A DNA stretch of 64,000 nucleotides, from positions 255,304-319,303 of the forward strand of contig CAVXRL010000008.1 in assembly GCA_963764225.1 (NCBI GenBank). Direction: 5' to 3'. The notes under the pieces were generated by a model. That model was not told the DNA's origin and did not search any database. It saw only the letters and a list, made by a program, of their open reading frames with translations. The stretch's first letter is position 1; the number at the start of each line of letters is the position of its first letter. The translations under genes were made by a program, and so were the position numbers. This document shows positions 19,913 to 32,416 of this stretch, in pieces. The stretch comes from an uncultured Actinomycetes bacterium. Lineage in GTDB: Bacteria; Actinomycetota; Thermoleophilia; UBA2241.

Positions 19913-21506
19913 GTACCCTGGTGAGTCAAGACATCGAGCGGGGCACCGGCGGCGCGCCCGTCAGCACCTCCGTCCCCCGCAGGTTCCGGAACTGGGTCAT
20001 CTTCTGGACCATCATCATCTGGTGCGTCCTCGAGTTGCTCACGTACCCGAAGGACGTGCCGATCTCGAGCGGCCTCGCGGCCATCTTCAAGGGGTTCTTC
20101 TCCGAGAGCGTCGGCGCGTATCCCGCCTGGCTCATGGTCCTGCTGGCGATCGCCTGCCTCGCCGCCGGCGTCATCGGCCTGGTGCGCAGGGCCAAGGCCA
20201 GGACCCTCAACATCCTGCTCGTGGTCGAGGGCCTCGTGTTCCTCGCGTGGGCCGTGCTGGCCGGCGGCGGGTTCGGCGGCTGGTCCGCCGTCGCCAACGA
20301 GATCAGCTACAACTGGGTCTTGCAGACGGTCGCCGTCGTGCTCGCCGGCGCCTGCGCGTGGGCCTGGGCCGCCGGCAACCCCGAGCGCGCCGAGCTCACC
20401 ACCTGGAACACGCACCAGGTGTGGAAGCTCTACCGCAGCAACTGGCAGGGCATGGTCGGCCTCGGCATCCTCGTCGTGTTCATCGCCATTGCGCTCTTCG
20501 CGCCGTTCCTCGCCGACCACGCGCTGCTCGACCCGAATGCGCAGATCGCGGATCCGGCCACGGGAGAGCTCTACCTCGCCTACCACCCGCCCACCTGGTA
20601 CTACTACAACTGGTTCGGGACCGACCAGGTGGGGCAGAGCGTGCTCGCCCAGTTCATCTGGAGCGCGCGCATCTCGCTCATGGTCGGGCTGCTCGCCGCC
20701 TTCATGTCCACCGTCCTCGGCGCCGGCATCGGCATCGCCGCCGGCTTCTACGGAGGGTGGCAGGGCGAAGGCTGGATGCGGTTAACAGACGCGTTCCTGG
20801 TCATCCCGTGGCTGCCCCTGGCCATGGTCCTCGCGGCAGCCTGGGGCCAGAACTACTGGATGATCATCCTCATCATCGGCATCACCAGCTGGCCGGGCAC
20901 CGCTCGCGTCATCCGCTCGGACACGCTGCGCGTGCGCGAGCTGAGCTTCATCGAACGCGCCAAGGCCATCGGCTCCAAGAACGGCCACATCATGGGCAAG
21001 CACGTGCTGCCCAACGTGATGCCGCTCATCTTCGCCAACCTCGTGCTCGTGGTCGCCATCGCGATCCTCTCCGAGACGACCCTGTCGTTCCTCGGTCTCG
21101 GCGACCCGCTCAACTTCAGCTGGGGCACCATGCTGCACTACGCCTGGGTCAACGGCGCCGCCGGCCTGCCCGCGTGGTGGTACCTGCTGCCGCCGGGCAT
21201 CGCCATCATCCTGGTCGTGCTGGCCTTCACGTTCATCGGCACGGCCTACGACGAGGTGCTCGATCCCAAGCTGCGCAAGCGCGAGGAGAGCACCGGCGAG
21301 AGCCGCTTCAGCGCTCGCGGCGAGCCGGCCGTGGCCGTCGCCGGCGGCGCCGGCGTCGGCGGAGGCGCCGGCGTGTTCACGCCGGGCGTCCAGACCGACG
21401 ACGCCATGCCCGACTTCAACAAGCCGGCCGGTGGCACCATCGGCGACTCACGTGGCGGCGGCTGGGCCAGCGGCCGCATCCAGGACGACGAGGAAGGAGG
21501 CGAGTG

Positions 21507-21507
<1 letters not shown>
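19909..21507 (+). CDS. ABC transporter permease (DppC/OppC family) with a ~170-aa extra N-terminal membrane domain and a Gly/Ala-rich C-terminal tail
   Basis: Core OppC region (SWPGTARVIRSDTLRVRELSFIERAKAIG) is preceded by 3-4 additional hydrophobic helices and followed by ...AVAVAGGAGVGGGAGV...DDEEGGE. ATGA overlap with the upstream permease. Confidence 0.8.
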
Positions 21508-23628
<2,121 letters not shown>

Positions 23629-23701
23629 TCGTGAGGCCGGCCGGGGCGGTGCGCCGCGAAGCGCATCACCGCCCCGGCCGGCCCGCGTGTGGAGCATACG
23701 G

Positions 23702-25544
23702 ATGAGCCGGGACACGAGACGCAGCGACGCCGCGGCAGGGTACCTGCCGGCCACAGCGAGCCTGCTCTTCGCCGCGCTGCTCACGCTCCTGCTCGCGGCG
23801 CCGCTCCCGGCCGCCGCGGCGGCGTCCGCGCCGGCCGCCGCCGGCACGCCGGCCCCGCTCGAGTACAGCATCGGCACCGCCCAGGACTGTGACGGGCTCA
23901 ACCCGTTCCGCTCCTGGAGCTCGGTCTCCTGGGAGTGCTTCCGTCTCGGCTACGACTTCCTCACCTGGTACGACGCCGACTACCGCCCCGTGCCGGACAT
24001 CGCCGCCTCCTGGGAGGTCTCGGAGGACGGTCTCACCTGGACGTTCCACCTGCGCGAGGGCATGGAGTGGCAGGACGGCGTGCCGCTCACGGCGGCGGAC
24101 GTGGTCTTCACGTACGACCTCGTGCTCACCACGCAGCAGCCGGCCTACGTGCAGTACCTCAGCGGCGTCACCGAGGTGCGCGCGCCGGACGAGACGACCG
24201 TGGTCGTCGTCACGCGGCGCCCCAAGGCCGACATGCTGGCCATCGCCATCCCCATCCTGCCCGGAGCACATCTGGAAGAAGGTGGACCCCGACCGCCTGG
24301 CCGACTTCGAGAACCTGCCGTTCGTCGGGTCGGGGCCGTTCCGCGTCACCGGCCTGGAGGAGGGCAAGGAGGTGACGCTCGAGCCCAATCCCGCCTATCC
24401 GCCGGCGCTGGGCGGGGCTCCGGCGCTGACGCGGCTCACGTTCGTCGTGGGCCGCGACGCGTCCTCGCTGCTCGAGGAGTACAGGGCCGGGCAGCTCGAC
24501 GCCGTGGCCGACTTCCCGGCCACCCTGCAGCCGGCCTACGCCGAGGTGACGGGCACGACCACGGTCGCGGCGCCGGCCGTGGGGTTCCACGAGCTGGGCT
24601 TCAACTGCTGGCAGAGCCCACGGAGCAAGGGCGACCCGCTGCTGCGCGACGCCTCCGTCCGCCGGGCCGTGCACTGGGCCATCGACAAGGACAAGATCGT
24701 CGCCTCGGCCATGGCCGGACTCGCCGAGCCCGGCGCGTCGGTGGTCTCGCCGGCCCAGGGGGACTGGCACTGGGAGGCGCCGGACGACGCGTCGTACCGC
24801 TACGACCCCCGGCGCGCCAAGCAGATCCTGGAGGACGCCGGCTACGCCGACCGCGACGCCGACGGCATCCGCGAGGACGCCGCGGGGCACAAGCTCTCGT
24901 TCCGTCTCACCGCGCTCACCGAGTACCCGGCGGACCAGGAGGCGGCGCGGATGATCGTCCGCTGGTGCCGGGACGTGGGCATCGACCTGCGCCTCGAGGT
25001 CGTCGACGAGGCGGAGTTCAGCGACCGCATCTACGACGACGCCGACTACGACCTGTTCGTCTGGAGCTGGGGCGGCGACATCGATCCGAGCTTCATCCTC
25101 AGCACGTTCACCACGCGCCAGATCATGAGCTGGAGCGACAGCCAGTACTCCGACCCGGTGTACGACCGCCTGTACACGCTGCAGGCGCAGGCGGTCGACC
25201 CCGCTCACCCCGAGGACACGGCCCACCGCAAGGACCTGGTCGACGCCATGCAGAAGCTGCTGTACCGCGACGACCCGTACATCGTGCTCTGGTACAACGT
25301 GAACCTGCAGGCGTTCCGCGCGGACCGCTGGGCCGGGTACGTCATGGCGCCCGCCGGAGACGGGGCGCCGTTCTGGAACCAGCTGCGCTCCAGCTACATC
25401 TCGTTGCGCCCGGTGCGCGCCGCACAGCCCGCCGTGGAGGCGTCCAGGGCCTGGGTGTGGGGCCTGGTGGCGGGCGCCGTCGCCCTGGCCGCCGTCGGCC
25501 TCGCCGTGCTCAGGCGACGGCCACGCAGCACTGAGGATGTGTGA
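23702..25544 (+). pseudogene. ABC substrate-binding protein, family 5 (peptide/nickel type), with a +1 frameshift at ~24263; has a signal peptide and a C-terminal TM anchor
   Basis: Frame of ORF 23687 through ...AIAIPILP, then frame of ORF 23889 from EHIWKKVDPDRLADFENLPFVGSGPF. C-terminal WVWGLVAGAVALAAVGLAVLRRRPR is a predicted TM helix. Confidence 0.7.
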
Positions 25545-25584
25545 CGAAGATCGAACCTGGGACGACGACACGGAGGGGACCCGC

Positions 25585-27057
25585 ATGACCGAGCTCGGCG
25601 CACTCTGGCCCGACGAAGCGATCGAGGCCATCCACCTCGCGGCCCTCACGCTCCTTGAGCGCGCCGGGGTGAGGGTGGAGTCTTCCGTCGCGCGCGAGCT
25701 GTTCCTCGCCGGTGGCTGTGAGGCCGCGGGCGAGCGGGTGGCGATCCCGCGAGCGGTGGTCGACGAGGCGCTGGCGAGCTGCCCGCGCGAGTACCTGCTC
25801 GCCGCGCGCGACCCGGAGCGGTCACTCGCCATGGGCCCCGACCCGGCGCAGACCTACGTCCACAACATGGGGGGCGCCCGCGACGTCAGCGACCCCCGCA
25901 CCGGGGCCGGCCGGCGCGCGACGCTCCACGACCAGGTGCTGGCGACGCGGGTCATGCACCAGCTGCACAACCAGCGGCAGATCACGTCGCTCTGGCAGCC
26001 GCAGGACGTGCCCGACCTGCTGGAGCCGCTGTACTCGTACCTGGTGCTCGCCCACGAGACCGACAAGGCCATCGGGGGGCCGGGCATCTCCCACCCCTTC
26101 CAGGCGCTCTACCTCCAGCAGATGGCGGTCGCCGTCACCGGCGCCGACGGGAGTGACGGCACCTACCCCGTGGACCTCGCGTTCTCGCCGGTCAGCCCGC
26201 TCATCCTGGGCGGCGACGTCTCGGACGCGCTCGTGGAGCAGGTGCGGCGCGGCGGCGCGGCGGTGGAGATCCTCCCGTGCCCCGCCGCCGCGACCACCGC
26301 GCCCGGCTCGCTCTCGGCGGCGCTCGCGCAGCAGCACGCCGAGGTGCTGGCCGGCGTCGTGCTCACGCAGACGGCGGCGCCGGGCACGCCCGTGTACTAC
26401 GGGCCGCGGCTCAGCGCCGTGGACCCGCGCAGCGGGGTGGTCGTGAGCGGCACGCCGGAGACCGGCGTCGGCTCCGTGGCCGCGGTCTTGCTGGCGCGCC
26501 GCTGCGGCCTGGCCTGCGACTGCTACGGGCCGTGCAGCGACAGCAAGGTCATGGACACGCAGTTCGGCTACGAGCGCGCGGTCAACGCGCTGCTCGGGCT
26601 CGCGGCGCGGCCGCGCCTGCTCAGCGGCATCGGCGAGATCCAGGCCGGGGTCGCCAGCTGCCTGGAGGTGCTGGTCGTCGACGACGAGGTGCTCAACAAC
26701 GCGCTGTACGCGCTCACGCCTCGCCCCTGGGACCAGGACGCGCTGGACATCGAGGCGATGGTGGACGGGGTGCTCTCCGGACGGGGGTTCCTGGGCACCA
26801 AGCACACGCGCCGCTACATCCGCTCCGACTTCGTGAGCCCGCTGCTCAGCTACCGCGGCGGGCTCGGCGACTGGCTCTCGGCCGGCCGCGCCGGGCTCGT
26901 CGACCTGGCCTCGGACAAGGTCGCGGAGCTGGTCGACCGCGAGCCGGTCGGGCTGCCGGACGACGTGCTGGACGAGCTCGTCCGGCTCATCGACCGGTGC
27001 GCCGCGGAGATCGGCGTGACGGGGCATCCCGACCCCCGCCGGGCCCTCGGGCTGTAG
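25585..27057 (+). CDS. MttB-superfamily methyltransferase, non-pyrrolysine type (glycine-betaine/quaternary-amine:corrinoid methyltransferase-like, MtgB/MtpB/MtcB group)
   Basis: EAIEAIHLAALTLLERAGVRVES...ELF...G...V.IPRAVVDEALASCPREYLLAARDPE aligns with the MtgB N-terminal region. 490 aa with no in-frame TAG. GGAGGGG RBS. Confidence 0.8.
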   Translation: MTELGALWPDEAIEAIHLAALTLLERAGVRVESSVARELFLAGGCEAAGERVAIPRAVVDEALASCPREYLLAARDPERSLAMGPDPAQTYVHNMGGARDVSDPRTGAGRRATLHDQVLATRVMHQLHNQRQITSLWQPQDVPDLLEPLYSYLVLAHETDKAIGGPGISHPFQALYLQQMAVAVTGADGSDGTYPVDLAFSPVSPLILGGDVSDALVEQVRRGGAAVEILPCPAAATTAPGSLSAALAQQHAEVLAGVVLTQTAAPGTPVYYGPRLSAVDPRSGVVVSGTPETGVGSVAAVLLARRCGLACDCYGPCSDSKVMDTQFGYERAVNALLGLAARPRLLSGIGEIQAGVASCLEVLVVDDEVLNNALYALTPRPWDQDALDIEAMVDGVLSGRGFLGTKHTRRYIRSDFVSPLLSYRGGLGDWLSAGRAGLVDLASDKVAELVDREPVGLPDDVLDELVRLIDRCAAEIGVTGHPDPRRALGL

Positions 27058-27064
27058 ACGCGTG

Positions 27065-28220
27065 ATGGCGATGGTCCGGTCCTCCTCCGACGGCCCGCAC
27101 GATGATCCGGCTTCGCCGATCATTCCATTCGTCCACGTCCAGGCGAGGGGCAGCTACCGCGAGCTCGGCCGCGCGGTCGGCGAGTCCGCGCGCGACCAGG
27201 TGCTGGCGTCGGTCGCCTTCTTCCGCGACAACTTCCCCGCGCTCACCGGCGGCCGGCTGACGTTCGCCGAGGCCGAGCGGCGCGCGCCGGCGTTCGCCGA
27301 GCACGCGCGCCGCCGGCTGCCGCAGTACGTGGCCGAGCTCGAGGGGCTCGCGGAGGGCTCCGGCGTGCCGTTCTCGCAGCTGCTCGTGCTCAATTGCGGC
27401 GAGGAGTTCACGGCCGACGAACCCCACGCGCCGGCGGAGGGGCGCTCGCCACACTCCGGCGACCACTGCACGGCAGTCGCGGTCGCCATGGACGGCCGTC
27501 ACGTCGTCGGTCACAACATGGACTGGTACGTCATCGACGCCGTCAACAACGTGCTCTTCGACCTCACGGTCCCGGACGGCACCCGCGTCATGGGCCTGGC
27601 CGGCGCGCCGTACCTGCTCATGCTCGGCATGAACAGCCACGGCGTGGGCAACGTCAGCAACTCCGTCCACTCCACGGACAACCGGGTGGGCGTGCCCAAC
27701 GTGTTCGTGCGCCGGTCGACGCTCGAGGCGCGGACCCTGGAAGAGGCGCGCGACCGCGGGCTCCTGGCCGACCGCGCCCGCGGCACCAACCAGTTCTTCG
27801 CGGACACCGAGCGGGCGGCTCTGGGACGTCGAGACCTCGGCCACCGCGCACGCGCACGCCGACCACACGGCGGCGGGCTTCATGGCCCACACCAACCACT
27901 ACGTCTCTCCCGAGATGCAACCGTACGAGGGCTACGGCGGCGGGGAGTCCGAAGTCCGTCTCTCGACCGCCGAACGCCTGCTGGCCGAGGGTCTCGCCGC
28001 GGGCGGCGACCCGGTGGACCTCGTCGCCCGCGTGCTGCGCACGCACGAGCCGTCACCCGAGGAGGCCATCTGCGGTCATCCGCTGCCGGGCACGTCTCCC
28101 GCCGATCAAGGCATGACCGTGGGCAGCATCATCTGCGACCTCGACGAGCGGCGCATGTACGCCTGCGCGGGACCGCCGTGCGAGAACGCGTACCAGGTGT
28201 TCGAGATGGGGGAGACGTGA
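27065..28220 (+). pseudogene. C45-family NTN hydrolase / acyl-CoA:6-aminopenicillanic-acid acyltransferase-like, with a +1 frameshift at ~27810-27820
   Basis: GDHCTAVAV N-terminal-nucleophile Cys context. Frame of ORF 27062 through ...GTNQFFADTE, then frame of ORF 27882 (LWDVETSATAHAHADHTAAGFMAHTNHYVSPEMQ...). Confidence 0.65.
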
Positions 28221-28238
28221 CCGTGCACGGAGCTGGTC

Positions 28239-29867
28239 GTGGCCGGCGGGCGCGTCGTCGACGGCTGCGGCAACCCGTGGTTCCGCGGCGACGTCGCCGT
28301 CTCCGGCGACCGCATCGCCGCGATCGGCGCGCCGGGCACGCTGCGCGGGCGGCGCGTCGTCGACGCCGGCGACCGCTACGTCACGCCGGGGTTCATCGAC
28401 CCGCACACCCACTCGGACCTCACCATCCTCCTGCACCCGCGGGCCGAGACGGCGGTGCGCCAGGGCGTGACCACCCACGTCACCGGCAACTGCGGCATGT
28501 CGGCCGCGCCGCTCACCGAACAGCACAGGGTCGACGCGGTGCACAACTGGGCGCACTACGCGTGGGGTCTGGAGCGCGTGGCCTGGGACTGGCGCACGTT
28601 CGGCCAGTACCTGGCGGCCGTCCGCCGCGAGGGCCACGCGATCAACATCGCGCCCCTCGTCGGCCACGGCGCGCTGCGCCTCGCCGTGGCCGGCTTCGCC
28701 GAGCGCGCGGTCACCGAGCGCGAACTGGCGCGCATGGAGCGCCTGCTGGACGCGAGCCTGCGCGCCGGCGCGCACGGCATGTCCAGCGGGCTCGTCTACC
28801 CGCCCGGCTGCTTCGCGACCACCGAGGAGCTCCTGCGGCTCTGCCGCGTGGTCGCCCGCCACCACGGCATCTACACCTCGCACGTGCGCGGCGAGCGCGA
28901 GACGATCCTGCAGGCCGTGGCCGAGGCGCTCGAGCTGGGGCGCGCGGCGGGGTGCCCGGTGGAGGTGTCGCACAACGCGCCCAAATGGGGCGCGCCGGAG
29001 GACGCCGAGGCCAACCTCGAGCTCATCGAGGAGGCGCGCCGCGGCGGCCTGGACGCGACCACCGACAACGACGTGCACACCGACCTCGCGCCGCGCCTCT
29101 CGCGGGCGCTGCCGCAGCCGGTGCTCGACCTCGACCACGACGCGCTCATCCGTCTGCTCTCGGACCGCGAGGCGCGCGAGGCCCTGCACCGGGAGGTGCT
29201 GGAGGACACCCTGCCCGGCGCCGGCTATGCGGGCCTGGTGCGGCACGGCCGCTTCGACCGCATCGTGGTGTTCCACGCCGGCCGCCACCCGGGGCTGCGC
29301 GGCCGCTCGATCGCCGACGTCGCCGCGGAGCGCGGCGCCGACCCGTGGGACACCTTCCTCGACCTCATCGTCGAGGAGGACGACGACATCGTCGGGCTCT
29401 TCGACTACATCGAAGAGCGGAACATCCGCGCCCTGCTGCGGAGCCCGATCGCCATGGTCTCCTCGGACGGGCTCGTCATGCAGCCGGCCGAGGAGCTCGA
29501 CGACGCCTCCGTGTACTGGCCGTGCAGCTACGGTGAGTACCCGGGCGTGCTCGAGCGCTACGTGCGCGAGGAGCCGGTGCTGCGCCTCGAGGAGGCGGTG
29601 CGCAAGATGACCTCCTTCCCGGCGCAGCGCTTCGGCCTGTCCGACCGCGGCGTGCTGCGCCCGGGCCTCAAGGCGGACCTCGTCGTCCTCGACCTCGAGC
29701 GCGTGCGCGACCGCGCCACGAACCTGTTCCCGCACGCGTTCCCGTTCGAGAACATCCCGCACGCCTCGCCGGAGGGCATCGACCTCGTGCTCGTCAACGG
29801 GACGCCGGTGCTCGACGAAGGCGAGATCACCGGCGAGCTGCCGGGCCGCGTGCTCAAGCGCTCCTGA
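28239..29867 (+). CDS. N-acyl-D-amino-acid deacylase (D-aminoacylase), amidohydrolase superfamily
   Basis: GRVVDGCGNPWFRGDVAVSGDRIAAIG, GFIDPHTHSD and HVRGE motifs. GTG start at 28239 slightly truncates the usual N-terminus; a rare CTG at 28233 is an alternative. Confidence 0.75.
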   Translation: MAGGRVVDGCGNPWFRGDVAVSGDRIAAIGAPGTLRGRRVVDAGDRYVTPGFIDPHTHSDLTILLHPRAETAVRQGVTTHVTGNCGMSAAPLTEQHRVDAVHNWAHYAWGLERVAWDWRTFGQYLAAVRREGHAINIAPLVGHGALRLAVAGFAERAVTERELARMERLLDASLRAGAHGMSSGLVYPPGCFATTEELLRLCRVVARHHGIYTSHVRGERETILQAVAEALELGRAAGCPVEVSHNAPKWGAPEDAEANLELIEEARRGGLDATTDNDVHTDLAPRLSRALPQPVLDLDHDALIRLLSDREAREALHREVLEDTLPGAGYAGLVRHGRFDRIVVFHAGRHPGLRGRSIADVAAERGADPWDTFLDLIVEEDDDIVGLFDYIEERNIRALLRSPIAMVSSDGLVMQPAEELDDASVYWPCSYGEYPGVLERYVREEPVLRLEEAVRKMTSFPAQRFGLSDRGVLRPGLKADLVVLDLERVRDRATNLFPHAFPFENIPHASPEGIDLVLVNGTPVLDEGEITGELPGRVLKRS

Positions 29868-29954
29868 CCCGCGGCCCGCCCGGGCCCCGCCAGCATGTAC
29901 AAACCGCCCCCATCCAGAACGAGTGGCGTCTTCCCTCTGGATTTGGACATCGTG

Positions 29955-29960
29955 TAGAAT
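29955..29960 (+). promoter_or_regulatory. -10 box TAGAAT located 7 nt upstream of the pucR-family ATG (leaderless transcript candidate)
   Basis: TAGAATcgcggcgATG. Spacing matches typical actinobacterial leaderless mRNAs. Confidence 0.3.
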
Positions 29961-29967
29961 CGCGGCG

Positions 29968-31608
29968 ATGATCACGGTACAGGACATCCTCGAGATCCCG
30001 GAGCTCAACCTCAAGCTCCTCGCCGGGGGCAAGTCCACCAGCAACCCGGTCCGCTGGGTGCACATCAGCGAGGTGCCCGACCCGACCAGGTGGCTCAAGG
30101 GCGGCGAGCTCCTGCTCACCACCGGCTACAGCTTCGTGGGCGGCGAGGAGCAGCAGGTCGCGCAGATCAAGCGGCTCATCGACCACAACATCTCCGGGCT
30201 CGGGTTCGGCACCGGCTTCAGCTACGACAAGGTGCCGCCCGCGCTGGTCAGCGTGGCGCAGGAGTACGACTTCCCGCTGTTCGAGGTGCCCTACCACGTG
30301 CCGTTCATCGCCATCACCGAGGCTGTGGCGAGCAAGATCGTCAACGAGCAGTACTCCCTGCTGCAGCGCAGCCTGGCCGTGCACGAGAAGCTCACCAAGA
30401 TCGTGCTGGAGGAGAAGGGCCTCGAGGCCATCCTGTCCACGCTCTCGGCCCTCGTGGGCTGCTCCGCCGTGCTCTTCGACTTCCACGGCGTCGTGCTCTG
30501 CGAGGCGGCGTACCGCCGCCACCTGGGCGCGGAGCTCATCGCCGACCTGTGGGGCATGATCAGCGAGCGCCGCGCCGACCGCCAGAACTTCGCCCTCAGC
30601 ATGGAGGGCGTCGGCTCGGGCGTGCAGGTGTATCCCGTGGTCGCGTCGCACCGCATCGGGGCGTTCCTCGCGGCGGTCAAGGACAGCGGCGACTTCAGCG
30701 AGTACGACCGCATCATCCTGCACAACGTCGTCACCGTCACCGCGCTCGAGCTCGTCAAGAAGAAGGCGGTCGCCGAGACCGAGAAGCGGCTGGCCGGCGA
30801 CTTCTTCGACGAGCTCATCGCCAGCGACCTCTACGAGGAGGAGATCGCGCGGCGGCTCGCCTTCTTCGGGCTCGACCCGCAGTCGCCGCACCTCATCGTG
30901 CTCGTCGACATCGACGAGGCGGAGGGCGACGGCGGCGCCGCGGTGGCCCAGCAGGACGTCAAGGAACGGCTGCACTGGACCGTGGACGAGTTCATGGCCA
31001 GGCGCGACCTCTTGGGCATCAGCGCGTCGCGCAGCGATTCGGTGGTGGTGCTCGTGCAGCCGGGCAAGATGGACGCGCGCGAGATCATCGGCCTCGCCGG
31101 GGAGCTGCAGGCGGTCATCGCCGAGATGCTGCCCGAGATCTCCGTCAGCCTCGGCATCGGCCGGCCGCACCGCCAGCTCACCGACCTGCGCCAGAGCTAC
31201 TACGAGGCCAGCTACGCCATCAAGATCCGCAAGCTCAAGGGCGAGCCCAGGGTCATCGCGAGCTTCGACGACCTCGGCTCCTACGGCCTCCTGCTCGGGC
31301 TGCAGGACACGCTCTCGCTGGAGGTCTTCTACGACAGCGTGCTCGGCAAGCTCCAGGAGTACGACGAGCAGAACTCGAGCGACCTGGTCAAGAGCCTCGC
31401 CTGCTTCCTCGAGGCCAACGGCCACTGGGGCGACGCGGCGGAGAAGCTGTACGTCCACCGTCACACGCTGCGCTACCGCATGAAGCGCGTGGAGGAGATC
31501 ACCGGTCGCGACCTCGACCAGTCGCAGGACCGCATGGAGTTCTGGCTGGCGCTCAAGGCCAAGGAGCTCATCGACCAGTCGAAGAAGGGCAAGCCCTCCC
31601 CGGCCTGA
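29968..31608 (+). CDS. PucR/CdaR-family transcriptional regulator
   Basis: MITVQDILEIPELNLKLLAGG N-terminus (PucR N-terminal domain) and a C-terminal HTH (LYVHRHTLRYRMKRVEEITGRDL). Confidence 0.75.
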   Translation: MITVQDILEIPELNLKLLAGGKSTSNPVRWVHISEVPDPTRWLKGGELLLTTGYSFVGGEEQQVAQIKRLIDHNISGLGFGTGFSYDKVPPALVSVAQEYDFPLFEVPYHVPFIAITEAVASKIVNEQYSLLQRSLAVHEKLTKIVLEEKGLEAILSTLSALVGCSAVLFDFHGVVLCEAAYRRHLGAELIADLWGMISERRADRQNFALSMEGVGSGVQVYPVVASHRIGAFLAAVKDSGDFSEYDRIILHNVVTVTALELVKKKAVAETEKRLAGDFFDELIASDLYEEEIARRLAFFGLDPQSPHLIVLVDIDEAEGDGGAAVAQQDVKERLHWTVDEFMARRDLLGISASRSDSVVVLVQPGKMDAREIIGLAGELQAVIAEMLPEISVSLGIGRPHRQLTDLRQSYYEASYAIKIRKLKGEPRVIASFDDLGSYGLLLGLQDTLSLEVFYDSVLGKLQEYDEQNSSDLVKSLACFLEANGHWGDAAEKLYVHRHTLRYRMKRVEEITGRDLDQSQDRMEFWLALKAKELIDQSKKGKPSPA

Positions 31609-31678
31609 CCCTCCGCGACCGCCGGGCCGTCCGCCGGACCTCGCCCTCACGACCTCTCGCACGCGCGGGCGCGTCGGT

Positions 31679-32416
31679 TCAGGACATCACCAGCGAGCCG
31701 TTGTCGACGGCGATGTCGACTCCCGTGAGGCCGTCCGTCTCCAGGCAGAAGCGGACGGCCGCCCCGATGTCGCCGGGGGCGACGAGCCGCTCGGCGGCCA
31801 CCCGGGCCGCGGCGCGCAGCGTGGCGTCCCGGTGCTCGTCGTCGTCCAGGTCCACCGGCCCGGGCGCCACCCCGCACACGCGCACCAGGTCCGGGGCCCA
31901 CGCCCGGGCGAGGATCCTGACCAGGTGGATCTGGGCCGCCTTGGCGGCGCTGTGCGCGGCGAAGGTGGCCCAGGGCTGCAGGCCCAGATAGTCGGTGAGG
32001 ACCACGATGGCGCCGCCGGTGGTCAGCCGCTCGTGGGCGGCGACGGCGCTGAAGAAGAAGCCTTTGGCGATGGTGTCCAGCGAGGCGTCCCAGGAGGCCT
32101 CGTCGATCTGCTGCGGCTGCTTGGGCACGAACGGCCCGCTGGCCGCGTAGACGAGGCCGTCCAGGCCGCCGAGCGCCTCCGCGGCGGCGGCCACGAGGCC
32201 CGCCGCGCCGGCGGCGGTGCGCACGTCGCCCTCCACCACGAAGGCGGAGGGCGCTCCCGCCGCGAGCAGCGCCTCAGCCTGCGCGCCGGCCTCTTCCGTC
32301 CAGGCGCGCGTGGAGACGGCGAGTGCGGCGCCGCTCCCGGCGAGGTCGAGCGCCACGGCGCGTCCCAGGCGGCGCACCCCGCCGACCACCAGCAGTCTGG
32401 CGCCGGCGACGTTCAC
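31679..32416 (-). CDS. short-chain dehydrogenase/reductase (SDR)
   Basis: LLVVGGVRRLGRAVA (TGxxxGxG-like) and a YxxxK region. GTG start overlaps the stop of the upstream beta-lactamase-like gene (GTGA). Confidence 0.7.
   Translation of the reverse strand: MNVAGARLLVVGGVRRLGRAVALDLAGSGAALAVSTRAWTEEAGAQAEALLAAGAPSAFVVEGDVRTAAGAAGLVAAAAEALGGLDGLVYAASGPFVPKQPQQIDEASWDASLDTIAKGFFFSAVAAHERLTTGGAIVVLTDYLGLQPWATFAAHSAAKAAQIHLVRILARAWAPDLVRVCGVAPGPVDLDDDEHRDATLRAAARVAAERLVAPGDIGAAVRFCLETDGLTGVDIAVDNGSLVMS

Noticed and set aside
28221-28240. Additional frameshift at the start of the D-aminoacylase gene
   Set aside because: The reading frame opens right after the upstream TGA. A GTG at 28239 (or a rare CTG at 28233) gives a slightly short but acceptable N-terminus, and there is no evidence for a hop.
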